Of a stretch of DNA of 64,000 nucleotides, positions 36,101-43,513 are shown piece after piece (the stretch's first letter is position 1; the number at the start of each line of letters is the position of its first letter). Below the pieces are notes generated by a model. The model was not told where the DNA came from. It worked only from the letters and a program-made list of their open reading frames with translations, and did no database searches. The position numbers and the translations under genes were made by a program. The stretch comes from Marsupella aquatica (lineage: Eukaryota; Plantae; Marchantiophyta), in NCBI GenBank assembly GCA_973895155.1, contig OZ316894.1, forward strand, positions 14,996,699 to 15,060,698. The letters are read 5' to 3'.

Positions 36101-38434
36101 CTTCGCGGCGTCCTTCCTTATCTCCTTTACGGTGGCGATTACTGGAACCGGGCGTTCCCCATAATCTCCGACTTCCTTCACCCTGAAATTCCTTTACCAC
36201 ATGGTACGCTACACTAGGCCATCCTACTAATCAGACGTCTAACTCCTTCCTAATCTTCTACGCAATTCCTGGTGCATGATTCTTTCCGCTAACTCCCGAA
36301 TGGAAATGACTAAATATCACTCCTGTGTGATCCTACCATTCAGCCTTAATATTACTAAATGCAAACTTTCATCTTCCCACCAGGTGATAGTTAACCAATG
36401 TATGCCATTCCTCCCTCTCAGGCTCAGAACCCAAGAATTAACATAACGATTCCTCAAATTCCTAATTCTTAATGTTCCCAAAGATCGGATAGGTGGCATC
36501 GGTCACACGAACCAGGATGGTTGGACAATTTTACAAATCATACGTCCCGAGCAACGTTAGAATAACTTCACTTGTCACTCAAAGTGTCTTTGGTGTCTTC
36601 GACTATCTCCAAAGCAACTTGACGAGCAACAGCTCCTCTCTGTGAGGCCTTTTCTGGTGGGAGGGCGGTTTCTTCTCTTAAGTTTGGCACCACAAATTTT
36701 TCCAATACTCTTAAGAGAGCTTCCGGGGCGCTTTGGATAGAGTACGGCATCACCTCGAAATGGAAGCTCTTCATCTTTTTAACTGGAGTGATGACGCATC
36801 TTCACAATTATAGTAGAACGTGAATTCCTCTCCCGTCTAGCTCCTTCTGGCATACACTGCCTGTACGTCAATTCAATCTTAAATTCGTTCCCCGGCAGCG
36901 GCGCCAAAAAGATGTCGTATAGTGCTAAGTATCAAAAGTGACTCTCCTCACCTAAAACCAGGGTTTCGATCCCTTTAAGAACAGATTTCAGAATGAATTG
37001 TATAACTTTTATCACTCCGAGTGATTTAGAGTCTTGAGCTCTATGTTGACTTCACTTCTCAATAAAAAAATCGAATAAACAAACAACAAAGTAACTGAAC
37101 TTCTGATTTATGAATTAGAGAAGAAATGAGTAAGGATTTAGAGACTACAAGCTGCTACTGCCACTCCTTCAGAAAGGATTTGGGCTCAGTATAGACATGA
37201 AATCTATCTCATAATTCATCCATCTCACTCTTCAAAACACAAAGGTTAATGATAATGGAATTCTCAATCTGATGAAGCAGAAGCTTTCTGATTGCAAATG
37301 AATGATATGATTTAAAATGCCGTCAACATGGTTTGACATCAGCGATACGCAATTCAGTCAAACTCTAAACCATATTCCAGAATCAAAGCAACAGTACTAA
37401 CTACTCTGAGAATCAGAATTTACTTCTCATTTATCATTAACTATTCTTGAATTGGCTAGCGAATCCCGACTCTGCAAGCAAGCCTAGCAGTGAATTCAAT
37501 ACGAGTTTCAGAAATCTGCAACTGAATTCAATCACCACAGGAATCTCTTGAATTCAATCTTAACTTCAATCAATATAGCTTTACTTCCATACAAAACACT
37601 CACAGCATGCCTTGTTACAATGGAAGGAGGAGAAAACTATTCAGAAGACTCAATTCTGAATACAGTATTAACTCTATTTCTCTCTACTTCAAATGAGCAT
37701 TCTACTCTGTCTTATAAGTGCTGGAATCCTAAAATGGAGGAGGTAAGAACAGTCGTGCCTTTCCAAGCTTAAAACTAAACAAGGGAGAAGCACAGCATAA
37801 GTACTTCAACAAGGGTGGTAGAATACTACTTTACTAGTAATCTACTTCAAAAACTAAGTGTTGAGCGGACGCTGCTAGAAGCGTCGGGAGAATCTGGACG
37901 CTGCTAGAAGCGTCTTAAGTAAAACCAACGGACGCTGCTCACACTGCTCACAGCGTCAATACTAGGGTGGACGCTGCTCACAGCGTCGTGTGTTGAAGCT
38001 GACGCTTTCCACAGCGTCGGTCGAAATCCTCATAGAGTCTTGGTGGCGGTCGGGCACTGCCAAAAGCGTCATGAGGAGGTTGGACGCTTCCGCAGCGTCT
38101 TGAGTAAAAGAAACGGGCGCTGGTCACAGCGTCGGGCAAAGTACACTAGGAATCGTCAGGAAAGCCGGAGATGTCAAATATTTCTATAAGTGTCCAGAAC
38201 AAGTAAATGTTGGCCGGAAGGTGTCTAAAGTGTAAGTAAATCTTGTGATATGCTAAAAATAAACAAGTTTCCAGAAAAAATTGCAGGGACACCCATACCA
38301 CATTGGCACTGTGTGCATGGGCATCTCATCCTCCTACTCCTACCTTGGGCGTCCCGGGCTTGTTCACGCATCCACAATTTAGAATCATGATGCCTAATCC
38401 TAAATGGGTTGTGAAGAGGCAACCTTGGAGCCAT
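21182..38434 (-). CDS. CACTA TnpD-like transposase (Transposase_21, DUF4218, DUF4216), disrupted by the gypsy insertion
   Basis: ATG 38434 ..MRCPCTQC, gypsy insert, then ..IDACPDGC..LRHFPLIPRL..DGVNPF..DYPG; DVMHIEKN, MKTHDYH, WMYPMERY; EPFVFPSQVEQAFF. GT-AG introns at 23091-22957 and 22054-21942 restore the frame. Confidence 0.93.
24756..26145 (-). repeat. 3' LTR (1390 bp)
   Basis: TGTCG...CCACA; no differences from 36913-38302 seen by eye. Confidence 0.97.
26146..26163 (-). other. Polypurine tract
   Basis: Minus strand AATTTAAGTGGAGGGCTA abuts the 3' LTR. Confidence 0.8.
26223..26699 (-). CDS. Extra ORF: second retropepsin-like (aspartic protease fold) protein
   Basis: FVIDPGSRINFLS...GRVKGVPIQIGEEFHDLDFYILD...MILSTTW aligns by eye with the element's own VPVDGGASVNLIT...GKLTKVETLIAGVPFLLDYVVIN...VLLGRPW. 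Confidence 0.65.
   Translation of the reverse strand: MRDIKRCCHLYVYKPLLLQHPAIVSFFLLRIDIYLLMWDIKATMDCWNSLPRAFQHSFEGKIKLGGHAIQHFVIDPGSRINFLSHRLCQQFVHQEVQPISAQISIDGRIINLWGRVKGVPIQIGEEFHDLDFYILDSDISQLPSMILSTTWIIKPEYY
26712..27143 (-). CDS. Extra ORF, 143 aa, unknown function
   Basis: ATG-initiated, intact, tightly packed between the 706-aa and protease-like ORFs on the element strand. Confidence 0.45.
   Translation of the reverse strand: MESILQQQQILPMTSHPRIRSLIRTYEPGKAVPPIDKDRRHKFSEFEIWCWVYMLRRAQAPFPPLVPEIPWPYPYYVWVCPGGFAIPIKYEKKLVKLREQLITKQCMLPASQGFKSLRCLAFLPIIPSYPDVIIQGVLSRTQI
27165..29285 (-). CDS. Extra 3' ORF (706 aa): N-terminal globular domain shared with the LTR-borne ORFs, plus an acidic disordered tail
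   Basis: MGLKKLLQLPW..LIAKVYSTP..NGWLAADC..INWTKVL..YLAPYLAHIY. Intact; no obvious transmembrane segment. Confidence 0.8.
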   Translation of the reverse strand: MAETELTTRPILADIPSNAVHRRQLKTALAKMGLKKLLQLPWKICEFSLIDQGVWDAEERIGVRSRPSVWTEALIAKVYSTPMEGEDLQRVDCEPRVYVESFFALGSFKRRNGWLAADCLDNSLQRLFRFLAPIFYPESQTRITLSFAATVICSLEQTQSINWTKVLHRVIHTQVKNFRSRLKTGKIRCTYLAPYLAHIYHKYDCLLVLEKDFYRNNQRASTGEANYMPEVREVRANSTVVELCAILDCEEPELVGEVRKLKETRASAEGSDDPILHQPREAQVAEDVPSAMPTGLEHSMSPRLSCSPCAAEPIYDVDQDNSASRMNVEDEVRVDEEGFSGEPLQHSTAEDEYDGFTSTPVLVPIEANSDALQALQEYDSSDSLSSSPNIGEIPLVQESEILSSEIVKLVKVDSEDAIVDIDEVGEPVTSPQSVARYPAWSTPGSLISIPLDITKELDEAIAAIGAPSFPPVKWVSPEDELIEGGSAGFPSRNQVSGNMGISVPILVPETPASTTSSAPVSLATNEDKNIREEFSVTYTRKSWKRLRHAISRQIFPEASSQDFEQGEAPIGTDELPLPVLLTDRTNQEVSLPSDNSKEELPVLVPMHPIADQPATVAREEFEPLEPEPSAPSSPVTLPIRPVKESVIPSAMPDVIFRWIGAPSDGEEDEDPRIIRVPPRLRHTVDLPPRNPIPNLASIHRWEKKHF
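29668..32640 (-). CDS. pol: pol: reverse transcriptase, RNase H, integrase
   Basis: FLDGYSGYNQ, MPFGLCNAP, FIDDF, FIDSS..EREALA..TDH, HHCC, GIDFIGP, SDRG, NGLTER, GPY. In frame with gag across one TGA. Confidence 0.97.
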   Translation of the reverse strand, partial: QLTSSSEVGPAADEPPNTEANRDLHHDMGVSATLEPFAPEVSKLGLQPANLTDGIVDPKACQKIEIEPGKFLNIGKHIEGELREQYISLLTQYKDVFAWSHSDLKGIHPHLGEHRIDLMEGAVPVRQRQYRLNPKYSILVKDELDKLTTAGFIYPVLSSEWVSPIVIVPKKPGPDGKTKIRVCQDFRKLNAATRKDHYPLPFIDLVLDSVALHELYSFLDGYSGYNQVSIRKEDRDKTTFTTDWGTYAFTMMPFGLCNAPGTFQRIMMIIFQEYLRHFMEIFIDDFCVYGSAAEHLVHLEKTFQKCREAQLCLHPEKCFIGMKEGILLGHVISQRGIEVDTEKVRVIMELQPPTDLKQLRAFLGHVGYYRRFIYKHANIALPLTQLLKSDVEYTWNEERQQAFQLLKDRLISAPILSPPDWTKKFHVFIDSSAFCIGANHSQKDVENRDHPIYYASRQMSAAEKNYSVTEREALAIVFACKKFRHYLLGYQVTFHTDHNSLKYLVNQVDLSGRVARWVLLLQEFDYEVHVRPGKHHENADFLSRLPGPENQHNLSDEFPDEHLWHIEGESSRYFNIVHMLLHGTFPEGFNAEERAVFAHKVGPYTIIRGTLFKQGPDQQLRRCLEDRELPQVIEALHSGETGGHYAVNTTVKKILDAGYWWPTMHRDTYNFIKTCDPCQRIGKPTASSKWPLTPILPLAPFEKWGIDFIGPISPAARKSRSKYIILATDYATKWVEAKATRKNDAITAAAFLFEHIITRFGCPLELVSDRGLHFLNSTIELITDLYLIKHRKTTPYNPRANGLTERANGIMGKILNKMVESHKTDWDVKLHSALWAYRTAEKITTLHTPFYLTYGLNSIIPIEFSLPTERILVPHRLSPSDSLSHRFSNIVKLEEVRLLALDHTVTIQNQRKLAYDKKLRVVQLDVGDLALVFDSRYMLFPGKLHTHWIGPYRVTHIWDNGSVSLTTLDGHPLNTRINGFRIKRYYESSI
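32641..35694 (-). CDS. gag: gag-protease (1017 aa), three CCHC knuckles
   Basis: Retrotrans_gag-like core; CTRCSQQGHYPNEC, CWNCGQPDHYSPQC, CGNCGKEGHLPVEC; protease VDGGAS..LLGRPW. Confidence 0.96.
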   Translation of the reverse strand: MSEGDPPNKRKPTKTSSNSDAAKLVVTPRTLLPEFQSPGAPAPGSVWKQVGSIQEASGSLERPTSTRPLFVNLRSGPKLIGSQKTKLRQQTVRSVNQIDSGVDSTTERALSHTEGRNLGLPENTVAESLAQDNSVDLSQLDNPEPLSEAGGSSSSETSSSSGLGSPNPFATRSALPFVTLLAPTTMARNNVRYDRFFGTSKEDAEVYLKEFEAAAASNGQSQDAEKANLFGGLMKKGAQKWYDRFPDKQDWGKLKAAFLAKYKEEGAAARAFARISHLHMKKHGSVRKYADKLLDLVDQYNPATSKSTIKDWFINGLPSRIARYVRREGGTTLEEVQEAAQKYVDSEISERKRVKKDLKKDKRKKKKTSRSKSDSETESSESSTSEEDESTNSSTSDSSSSSSDSESVAPKKKKSSVKGNNKVPNQKKMDRMMEELSGQLSKLNVNIAAVKPVRRLPAPMRMNVWCTRCSQQGHYPNECPTLRTPVNYVDGQEEAEEYEYDPTYTVQTAPPGQYFPPPPASRPTWGPPKPTFNKPTSRPPMGPPGGYPPRGMPRQKGACWNCGQPDHYSPQCPYPKQEVGYTPVCGNCGKEGHLPVECPNPAKPRLMVRFAQEPVKEASRPEAKIRMVYSEEMEQCSFIQHMDVNRVELKPDSLFHQPVSGVVPDVLVSHLVKPEVVGMPNDRVQNRDKVLTNIYATTRSKKKETKKHEHQKVAKAPKDEGRKPCKEGLDKEDDPAYDRYDPKYFLPDISLEVKDHLEELVKEQVQSPNPPVVVKAKEPLKNPGYDIVEDVKNHPAHITIGELLQDNPVYRRQLRSLLAGKRRKKKLPSVDVLRTEWEDKGPMEIEVQIQGCVIRRVPVDGGASVNLITQSAAFNLGFTKFEPTPKILRMADQSRVVPIGKLTKVETLIAGVPFLLDYVVINPEIPSSFPVLLGRPWLYKAQVQVNWQSQELSFGKPKVTVSWVPEPHFGETQTDDGYTSDFSTSSLVLQPLEFELEEVRYLEVYLSDAPIKPTRPS
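36889..36906 (-). other. Primer-binding site (tRNA-Asp type, as in Athila)
   Basis: Minus strand TGGCGCCGCTGCCGGGGA, 6 nt from the 5' LTR. Confidence 0.85.
36913..38302 (-). repeat. 5' LTR (1390 bp)
   Basis: Direct repeat of 24756-26145. Confidence 0.97.
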
Positions 38435-38759
38435 CACTATACACACGCACTCAGCACCCTGTCATTTTATTATGCAAGTGAAAAATACACTTCCTGTTAA
38501 GGATTTCACCCCCGACTGTACTTGCCAAAATACGCAACGTTCCAAAAAAACAAAAAAACAAAAAATATAGGTGCCTGAGTCATGTACCTATTCTCAAGTG
38601 AATGAGACAAAATTCCTAAATGTTTGAGGGTGTCAACTCCTCCGCTGTCCTCACATGTACTGCCTCTGCACGTACATCCATGACCATATCAGAGTCCAAT
38701 CATGTATAGTCATAGACACAGGTGCAGGTGCGAGACCGGTGTGAGATGTCCTCATCTTA

Positions 38760-39329
38760 CTACCACATCAAATACGGATACCAATCCTGTTGTCGATGCC
38801 ACTCAGCCCTGAGGTACTCAGGCATGTACATTAAGTCATCAAGGTCTAAACCCTGCTCATGCCATGGTGGTCTTCGATCCGTGCCTACAAGCAATGGCAG
38901 CAGTGCCCTCCATGGTGCACATGTTGCTACCAAGTCCCTCCACTGGGTACTAATTAGTCTATATTTGCAGATATCTTGTGCGCCAGACACCACAAGAACC
39001 CTCGGCCAGACATGTGTAAGAACTATATCATCTGCCAAATCAGGCAACAAGGAACCACCTACAGCATCGTGCTTGTCTAACTCATCTGCTGAAAAGTAAA
39101 TGTCCTTTTCCGACTGTGCATCCTCATTCACCACAGCATTCACAACACATCCAAGGTCTGCAGGCATTATCTCGGATGGAGCTACACTCTGTCTGGTTAC
39201 CAATCCACACAAGTAAGCCCAAGCAGTAGCCATGCACGATGCAACCCGTAGGAGGACCCTACATAGGGCCTGACGGTCTGGAAGAGGCAGCATACCCACC
39301 AAAGTCTCCAGCCAAACAGAGCCCAGCAA
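38760..39329 (-). CDS. CACTA cargo: small F-box-like protein
   Basis: SLLPDLADDIVLTHVWPRV...ICKYRLISTQWRDLV matches the F-box pattern LP.d....I...l......r.Vck.Wr.l. No substrate-binding repeats follow. Confidence 0.65.
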   Translation of the reverse strand: MLGSVWLETLVGMLPLPDRQALCRVLLRVASCMATAWAYLCGLVTRQSVAPSEIMPADLGCVVNAVVNEDAQSEKDIYFSADELDKHDAVGGSLLPDLADDIVLTHVWPRVLVVSGAQDICKYRLISTQWRDLVATCAPWRALLPLLVGTDRRPPWHEQGLDLDDLMYMPEYLRAEWHRQQDWYPYLMW

Positions 39330-39469
39330 GTAGATTCACAGTCACACCCCACGCAGCAGGAAACAACAATCACTTCAACTGCGACCAACCATGACAAGAT
39401 GAGTTAGTTCAAGGATCACATTTATTACAAAATTGTGTTTTATACAAAAATATGAGGGACTCCTACTCC

Positions 39470-40318
39470 TCACTCTCTCCCACCTTTGCTAAGCATACAT
39501 CTTCGCTGAATCTTGGAGGGCCAGGCCTCAAAAATATCAAAGTCCCAAGCATTCTGTCGCTTCCCTCTAGCTGCTGATTCCAGAAGCCAATCAGGGGAAA
39601 GCACCCAAAGATTGTTGTTCATGATAAAATCACGCACTGTTGTCTTAAAGAATTTTCTGCATATTTTCATGTATGACAGACCTACAACATGAGTGGAGGT
39701 TTCTGTTAGACTCTCCTCCATTGTCCCACCTAGCTCAACAACTATAGACTTGTACAGTCTGCACTTAGTCTCCCCAATTCCTTCTTCTGCAAATACCACA
39801 TTGAACCCCTTCATAATGGTATTTCTCTCCTTGCCATGCTCATTCAATATAGCATCTGCACGCATAGGATGGTGTCCTATGTTGACAACAGGTCCATATT
39901 GGACAGAAGCAAAGTTGGGTTTCTCTGCCGCTGCTTCATAGGCTTCCTTTTCAGCCAAAGCCTCTGCAGTGGCCTCCTCACTCTCCCACAACTCATATTG
40001 CTCAGTACTCTGTACACACCTATGTTTAACAGAATCGGTCAGCCAAGAGACTTCAACTACTTTTAGACCTTGGTTGGTAATGGCAGAATCAATGAAGGAC
40101 CATGACCACTTGTTCATCACATCCAGCCATGTCCCCGCAACAACATGTGTAGTCTGTGGAGTGATGTCCTTGACTTCAGTCCCATGGAACTCTGAGAATC
40201 ATTTTTGTACGATTGGCCAACTCACTTGGGTGAACCCATAGTGGCCAGGAATCAAAATGGCTTTGATTCCAGCCAATAGAGGCGGGTGGTCAACCTTTGT
40301 ACGTTTTCTAGAGGCCAT
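39470..40318 (-). pseudogene. CACTA cargo: tandem BRCT protein with one premature stop
   Basis: ATG 40318 MASRKRTK..; TGA 40199-40201. TTHVV..KVVEVSWLTDSV and LGGTMEESLTETSTHVV..WVLSPDWLLES are two BRCT signatures. Confidence 0.8.
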
Positions 40319-40916
40319 GTACACACGGGCCACCTAATCACTGCAGACCGGAAGATAATGCGTTCACCTGATAATCGGAGGGCCCTTAAAATGCTGCGTT
40401 TATAACTTGGTCCAGTCCAGTCGTCTGGTGAGTCTCTGCTCCGATTCCAAACGGGAGAAATATTGGGACAAACGTACTAGACACCTGCAAGCATGCACCT
40501 CATAGTTTGAATATGTGCCTTCACAATATTGAAGGTGACAAGTGCAATTGTTTTGTGATGCCACATACAGATGTTGTAAATGGGCAGACATTCAATGAGA
40601 ATACAAAATGTTGGTACACTTTAAGGGAATTCTCGCAAATTAAATAGCCTTGTAACTTATATGCTCATAATGAGAAGTCCTGATTTAATTTAAGCAGTGT
40701 CATGTAAGTCGTGATCAAAATGATTGCAGAGTTAAAAAAGTTCCTAGAAGGCTTAAGGGCAGTTTTTGAAGGCATGTACCCAGGAACAAGTAATGAACTT
40801 AGGGTACTTGTTGCCTAAGCATCCTCTCCTACAGAGGTCCTTCTTCTCAAAATTGGAATGTCTGCAATCTCCAAGGTATCCACATCAGGTGCACTATGCA
40901 TGTATATTATTCAGGT

Positions 40917-41597
40917 TCAAAGCCAAGAAATGTGATCTCTCATGGGAGTGTGCAAAGTAGGATCTATGGCATGGCGATGACAATAGAAGATCCATCGATC
41001 AACACCATGTGCAGAGTGATCATAGATGTGTCTGTCACAAGCATAGCCTTCTGCTTGACGCTCCTTCAAACAATGAAAGTGCCACATGGTGGGACACCTA
41101 ACACAGTGGACTATGTCCACCCAGAAATCTTCATCGTGCTGACCACATGCCTTGCACTTATGAAGTGGGCAAGCTGTGGCAAGATCGGGCAAACATGAAA
41201 AACAAAAGAACCTCACACAATATCTGTCAGGGCATTTCCTAACAAGTGGTGGAGCATCAACAGAGCCCTCATAAGACCCCAACTTCCCACACTGTGCACA
41301 CTTAGCCTGCTTCTCCAAACAATCAGTGCACATCCAGCCTCCCTGGTGTGCTGACGGGAGGCCCACCCCTGGACAGTTGTTTTCTGCAGCAAGGTCAGAC
41401 TCCGGGTTGAGGTGGAAATGCCTCATGCAAGGGCCCTCACATATGGCTAAGCCACCACCATCGTCACAAATGGCACAACAATGAGGTGCCTTCTGGAAAA
41501 TCTGACTTGCGGAGAAGTTACTACCATCTGGCCCAACTACACCTGTGTTGCTCACCTCTGTCCCCCGCTTCTTGGCTCGGATTTTAGGGCGTGCCAT
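40917..41597 (-). CDS. CACTA cargo: EDM2-type composite PHD finger protein (226 aa, intact, intronless)
   Basis: CAICDDGG..CEGPCMRHFH..C..CGKLGS..CPLHKCKAC..CVRCPTMWHFHCL..IFYCHRHAIDPTLHTPMRDHI follows the EDM2 PHD region (CAICDNGG..CPLHKC..CRRCPKSYHRKCL..IYC..HEID..L.TP.RDH). Basic NLS-like N-terminus. Confidence 0.85.
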   Translation of the reverse strand: MARPKIRAKKRGTEVSNTGVVGPDGSNFSASQIFQKAPHCCAICDDGGGLAICEGPCMRHFHLNPESDLAAENNCPGVGLPSAHQGGWMCTDCLEKQAKCAQCGKLGSYEGSVDAPPLVRKCPDRYCVRFFCFSCLPDLATACPLHKCKACGQHDEDFWVDIVHCVRCPTMWHFHCLKERQAEGYACDRHIYDHSAHGVDRWIFYCHRHAIDPTLHTPMRDHISWL

Positions 41598-42266
41598 GCC
41601 TACGCATGAGACAGATAGTACAATTTAGCAGAGTGCACGGACAATACAATTTAGTGCAGTGTACAAAAAGTACAGTGTAGCATATAGACTAGAGTGGCAA
41701 TTGCTACTGCAATGAAATGTTCACACACATGTGCAGAGTAGACATACTTTTTGGTTTGTTGAGCCCACACTAAAAACTGATCCCCTCGTACAATAGCTCC
41801 ACCTACACCTCAATTTTGTGGCTATGATTCACCAAAGGAGATCTGCAACAAGATTTAATGCATTTGAATCACATATAATAGTCGTGACATGTAAAATAGG
41901 CATTTTTTGAACAGGATTGGTATCAAGCACTGTGATCAGGGTTGTAATTTATACATCCTAAATAGGCTATGATAGTGAATGAGACAAATAAGTTAGGCAG
42001 AAATCACTTTTTCCAGGTTATCACATGGCCCATTAATTCCAGTCTTTGAAAGGAGACTTTTAAGTGAGCTTGCTAGCCTCTTAAATTAGGATATTGTACT
42101 TAGTGCAGCCATAATAGGATAAGTTATGTACTGTTGACCCTAAACCTTGGACCCAAAATTGGTCATAATTCAAAATCTTAAGTAAATATCCTCTCTGTTC
42201 AAGTCAAAGTGTTAAGTTATAGGTCAATGGTCTCTGGTTTGTGCATGCGGTGTGACAAGTGGTCCT

Positions 42267-42716
42267 CTAGAGCGTGTGATCCAAACATGTGTAGACACCA
42301 AAGTGACCGGTGGTGGGGTCTGGGAGGGCAGGACAAGTGACATCGCCAGGCACACTGCAGGATGGCGAGTGGTTCCAGATGATACATTGTGCTCTGTGAA
42401 AAAACCGACATCCAAGAGAACGGTCATCCAACTCTAGGCCAGAAGCCCTACAGGCAGGACAGTCATATTGGCAACTGTGCACACACCCTTGGGCCCTAAT
42501 TTGTGGCGGGTCATGTATGAGAGACAGAAATACCAAGGATGTTGGGAAGGGTGGAGAAGCAGGTACAGGCCGGCTGTAGTTGTTCCTGGCAACAACTGGG
42601 TACTCAAAGTACCATGCAGACTGGGCTGGAAGGATCCCAAGTCTGACATACTCAAGGCGCAACATCTCTGCCTTGCGTGCAAGCCGCACATGTTCAGCGT
42701 TGCGGGTCCTCACCAT
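42267..42716 (-). CDS. CACTA cargo: small Cys/His-rich ORF, unknown function
   Basis: ATG start MVRTR, CVHSCQYDCPAC..CRFFH..C..H..C; co-oriented with the other cargo ORFs. Confidence 0.4.
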   Translation of the reverse strand: MVRTRNAEHVRLARKAEMLRLEYVRLGILPAQSAWYFEYPVVARNNYSRPVPASPPFPTSLVFLSLIHDPPQIRAQGCVHSCQYDCPACRASGLELDDRSLGCRFFHRAQCIIWNHSPSCSVPGDVTCPALPDPTTGHFGVYTCLDHTL

Positions 42717-42982
42717 AAGTGTTGCTTTTGTGGAGATGTCGTGTGTTCACGTCCTCTGATAAGCACCTTCGATCAGCAAGGTGAGCAGGAGCTGTACTTG
42801 CCTCACCAACAGCAACCAACCTTAAATTATCAGTTCCCACTCATTGTGTCATTCCATTGGTTCCAGCTAGGGGTCATAGTGTAAACATAGCATGAAACAC
42901 TCCTAATCAACTTGCTTACAAACTACAATATCCAGAAAGAGTGAAAGTCTCACCCTCCAGTGAGCAGCAGAGAGGTAGTTCA

Positions 42983-43513
42983 CTAGATGTGTTGATGTGC
43001 AGTTAAACCTCCACTATTGCTTACTTCTGGTGTATGCTGCTCAGAAGAAGACATATTAGTAGCAGCAAATTGCAAATAATGGCCATAAGCAAACCGTGAG
43101 AGTTTGCAGAATGCTACGACAAATCCATCACAGCAGTGCTCCACAGGAATGAAACCAAGCAAAATTTGGTGACCTCGGCCAATGACAAGGCCAATGTAGT
43201 GAACAATCCTTGACCGATCAGGATATGGATTGGAATTACAATTAGTCAGCTCTTCTTCTTTGTTTTCTAACTCTGGGGGAAATGAGCATGACCAGGGAAT
43301 TCTTTGAGAAATAGAAGTGCACAGGGAAAATGAAATTGGCTCATTCAGCTGCGCAAGACCGGCCATTGCAGCAAACTTGGACAGTTGTTCCGCAATACAT
43401 AAAATACCCTGACTTACATGCAATCGATACAATCTGCTTCTGTTGGCTGTCCTACAGCTCACGGTAGTGCCGTTGGGATAGGGTAAGTGAATATTGCCAT
43501 AGCTGAAGCACAT
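42983..43513 (-). CDS. CACTA cargo: small ORF, unknown function
   Basis: 176-aa ORF co-oriented with the other cargo ORFs; no motif recognised. Confidence 0.3.
   Translation of the reverse strand: MCFSYGNIHLPYPNGTTVSCRTANRSRLYRLHVSQGILCIAEQLSKFAAMAGLAQLNEPISFSLCTSISQRIPWSCSFPPELENKEEELTNCNSNPYPDRSRIVHYIGLVIGRGHQILLGFIPVEHCCDGFVVAFCKLSRFAYGHYLQFAATNMSSSEQHTPEVSNSGGLTAHQHI

Larger units (their letters stand above)
24756..38302 (-). mobile_element. Intact Athila-like Ty3/gypsy LTR retrotransposon, 13547 bp
   Basis: LTRs 24756-26145 and 36913-38302; TSD TTGGC (24751-24755, 38303-38307); PBS, PPT, gag-pro and RT-RH-INT order, extra 3' ORFs. Confidence 0.97.
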
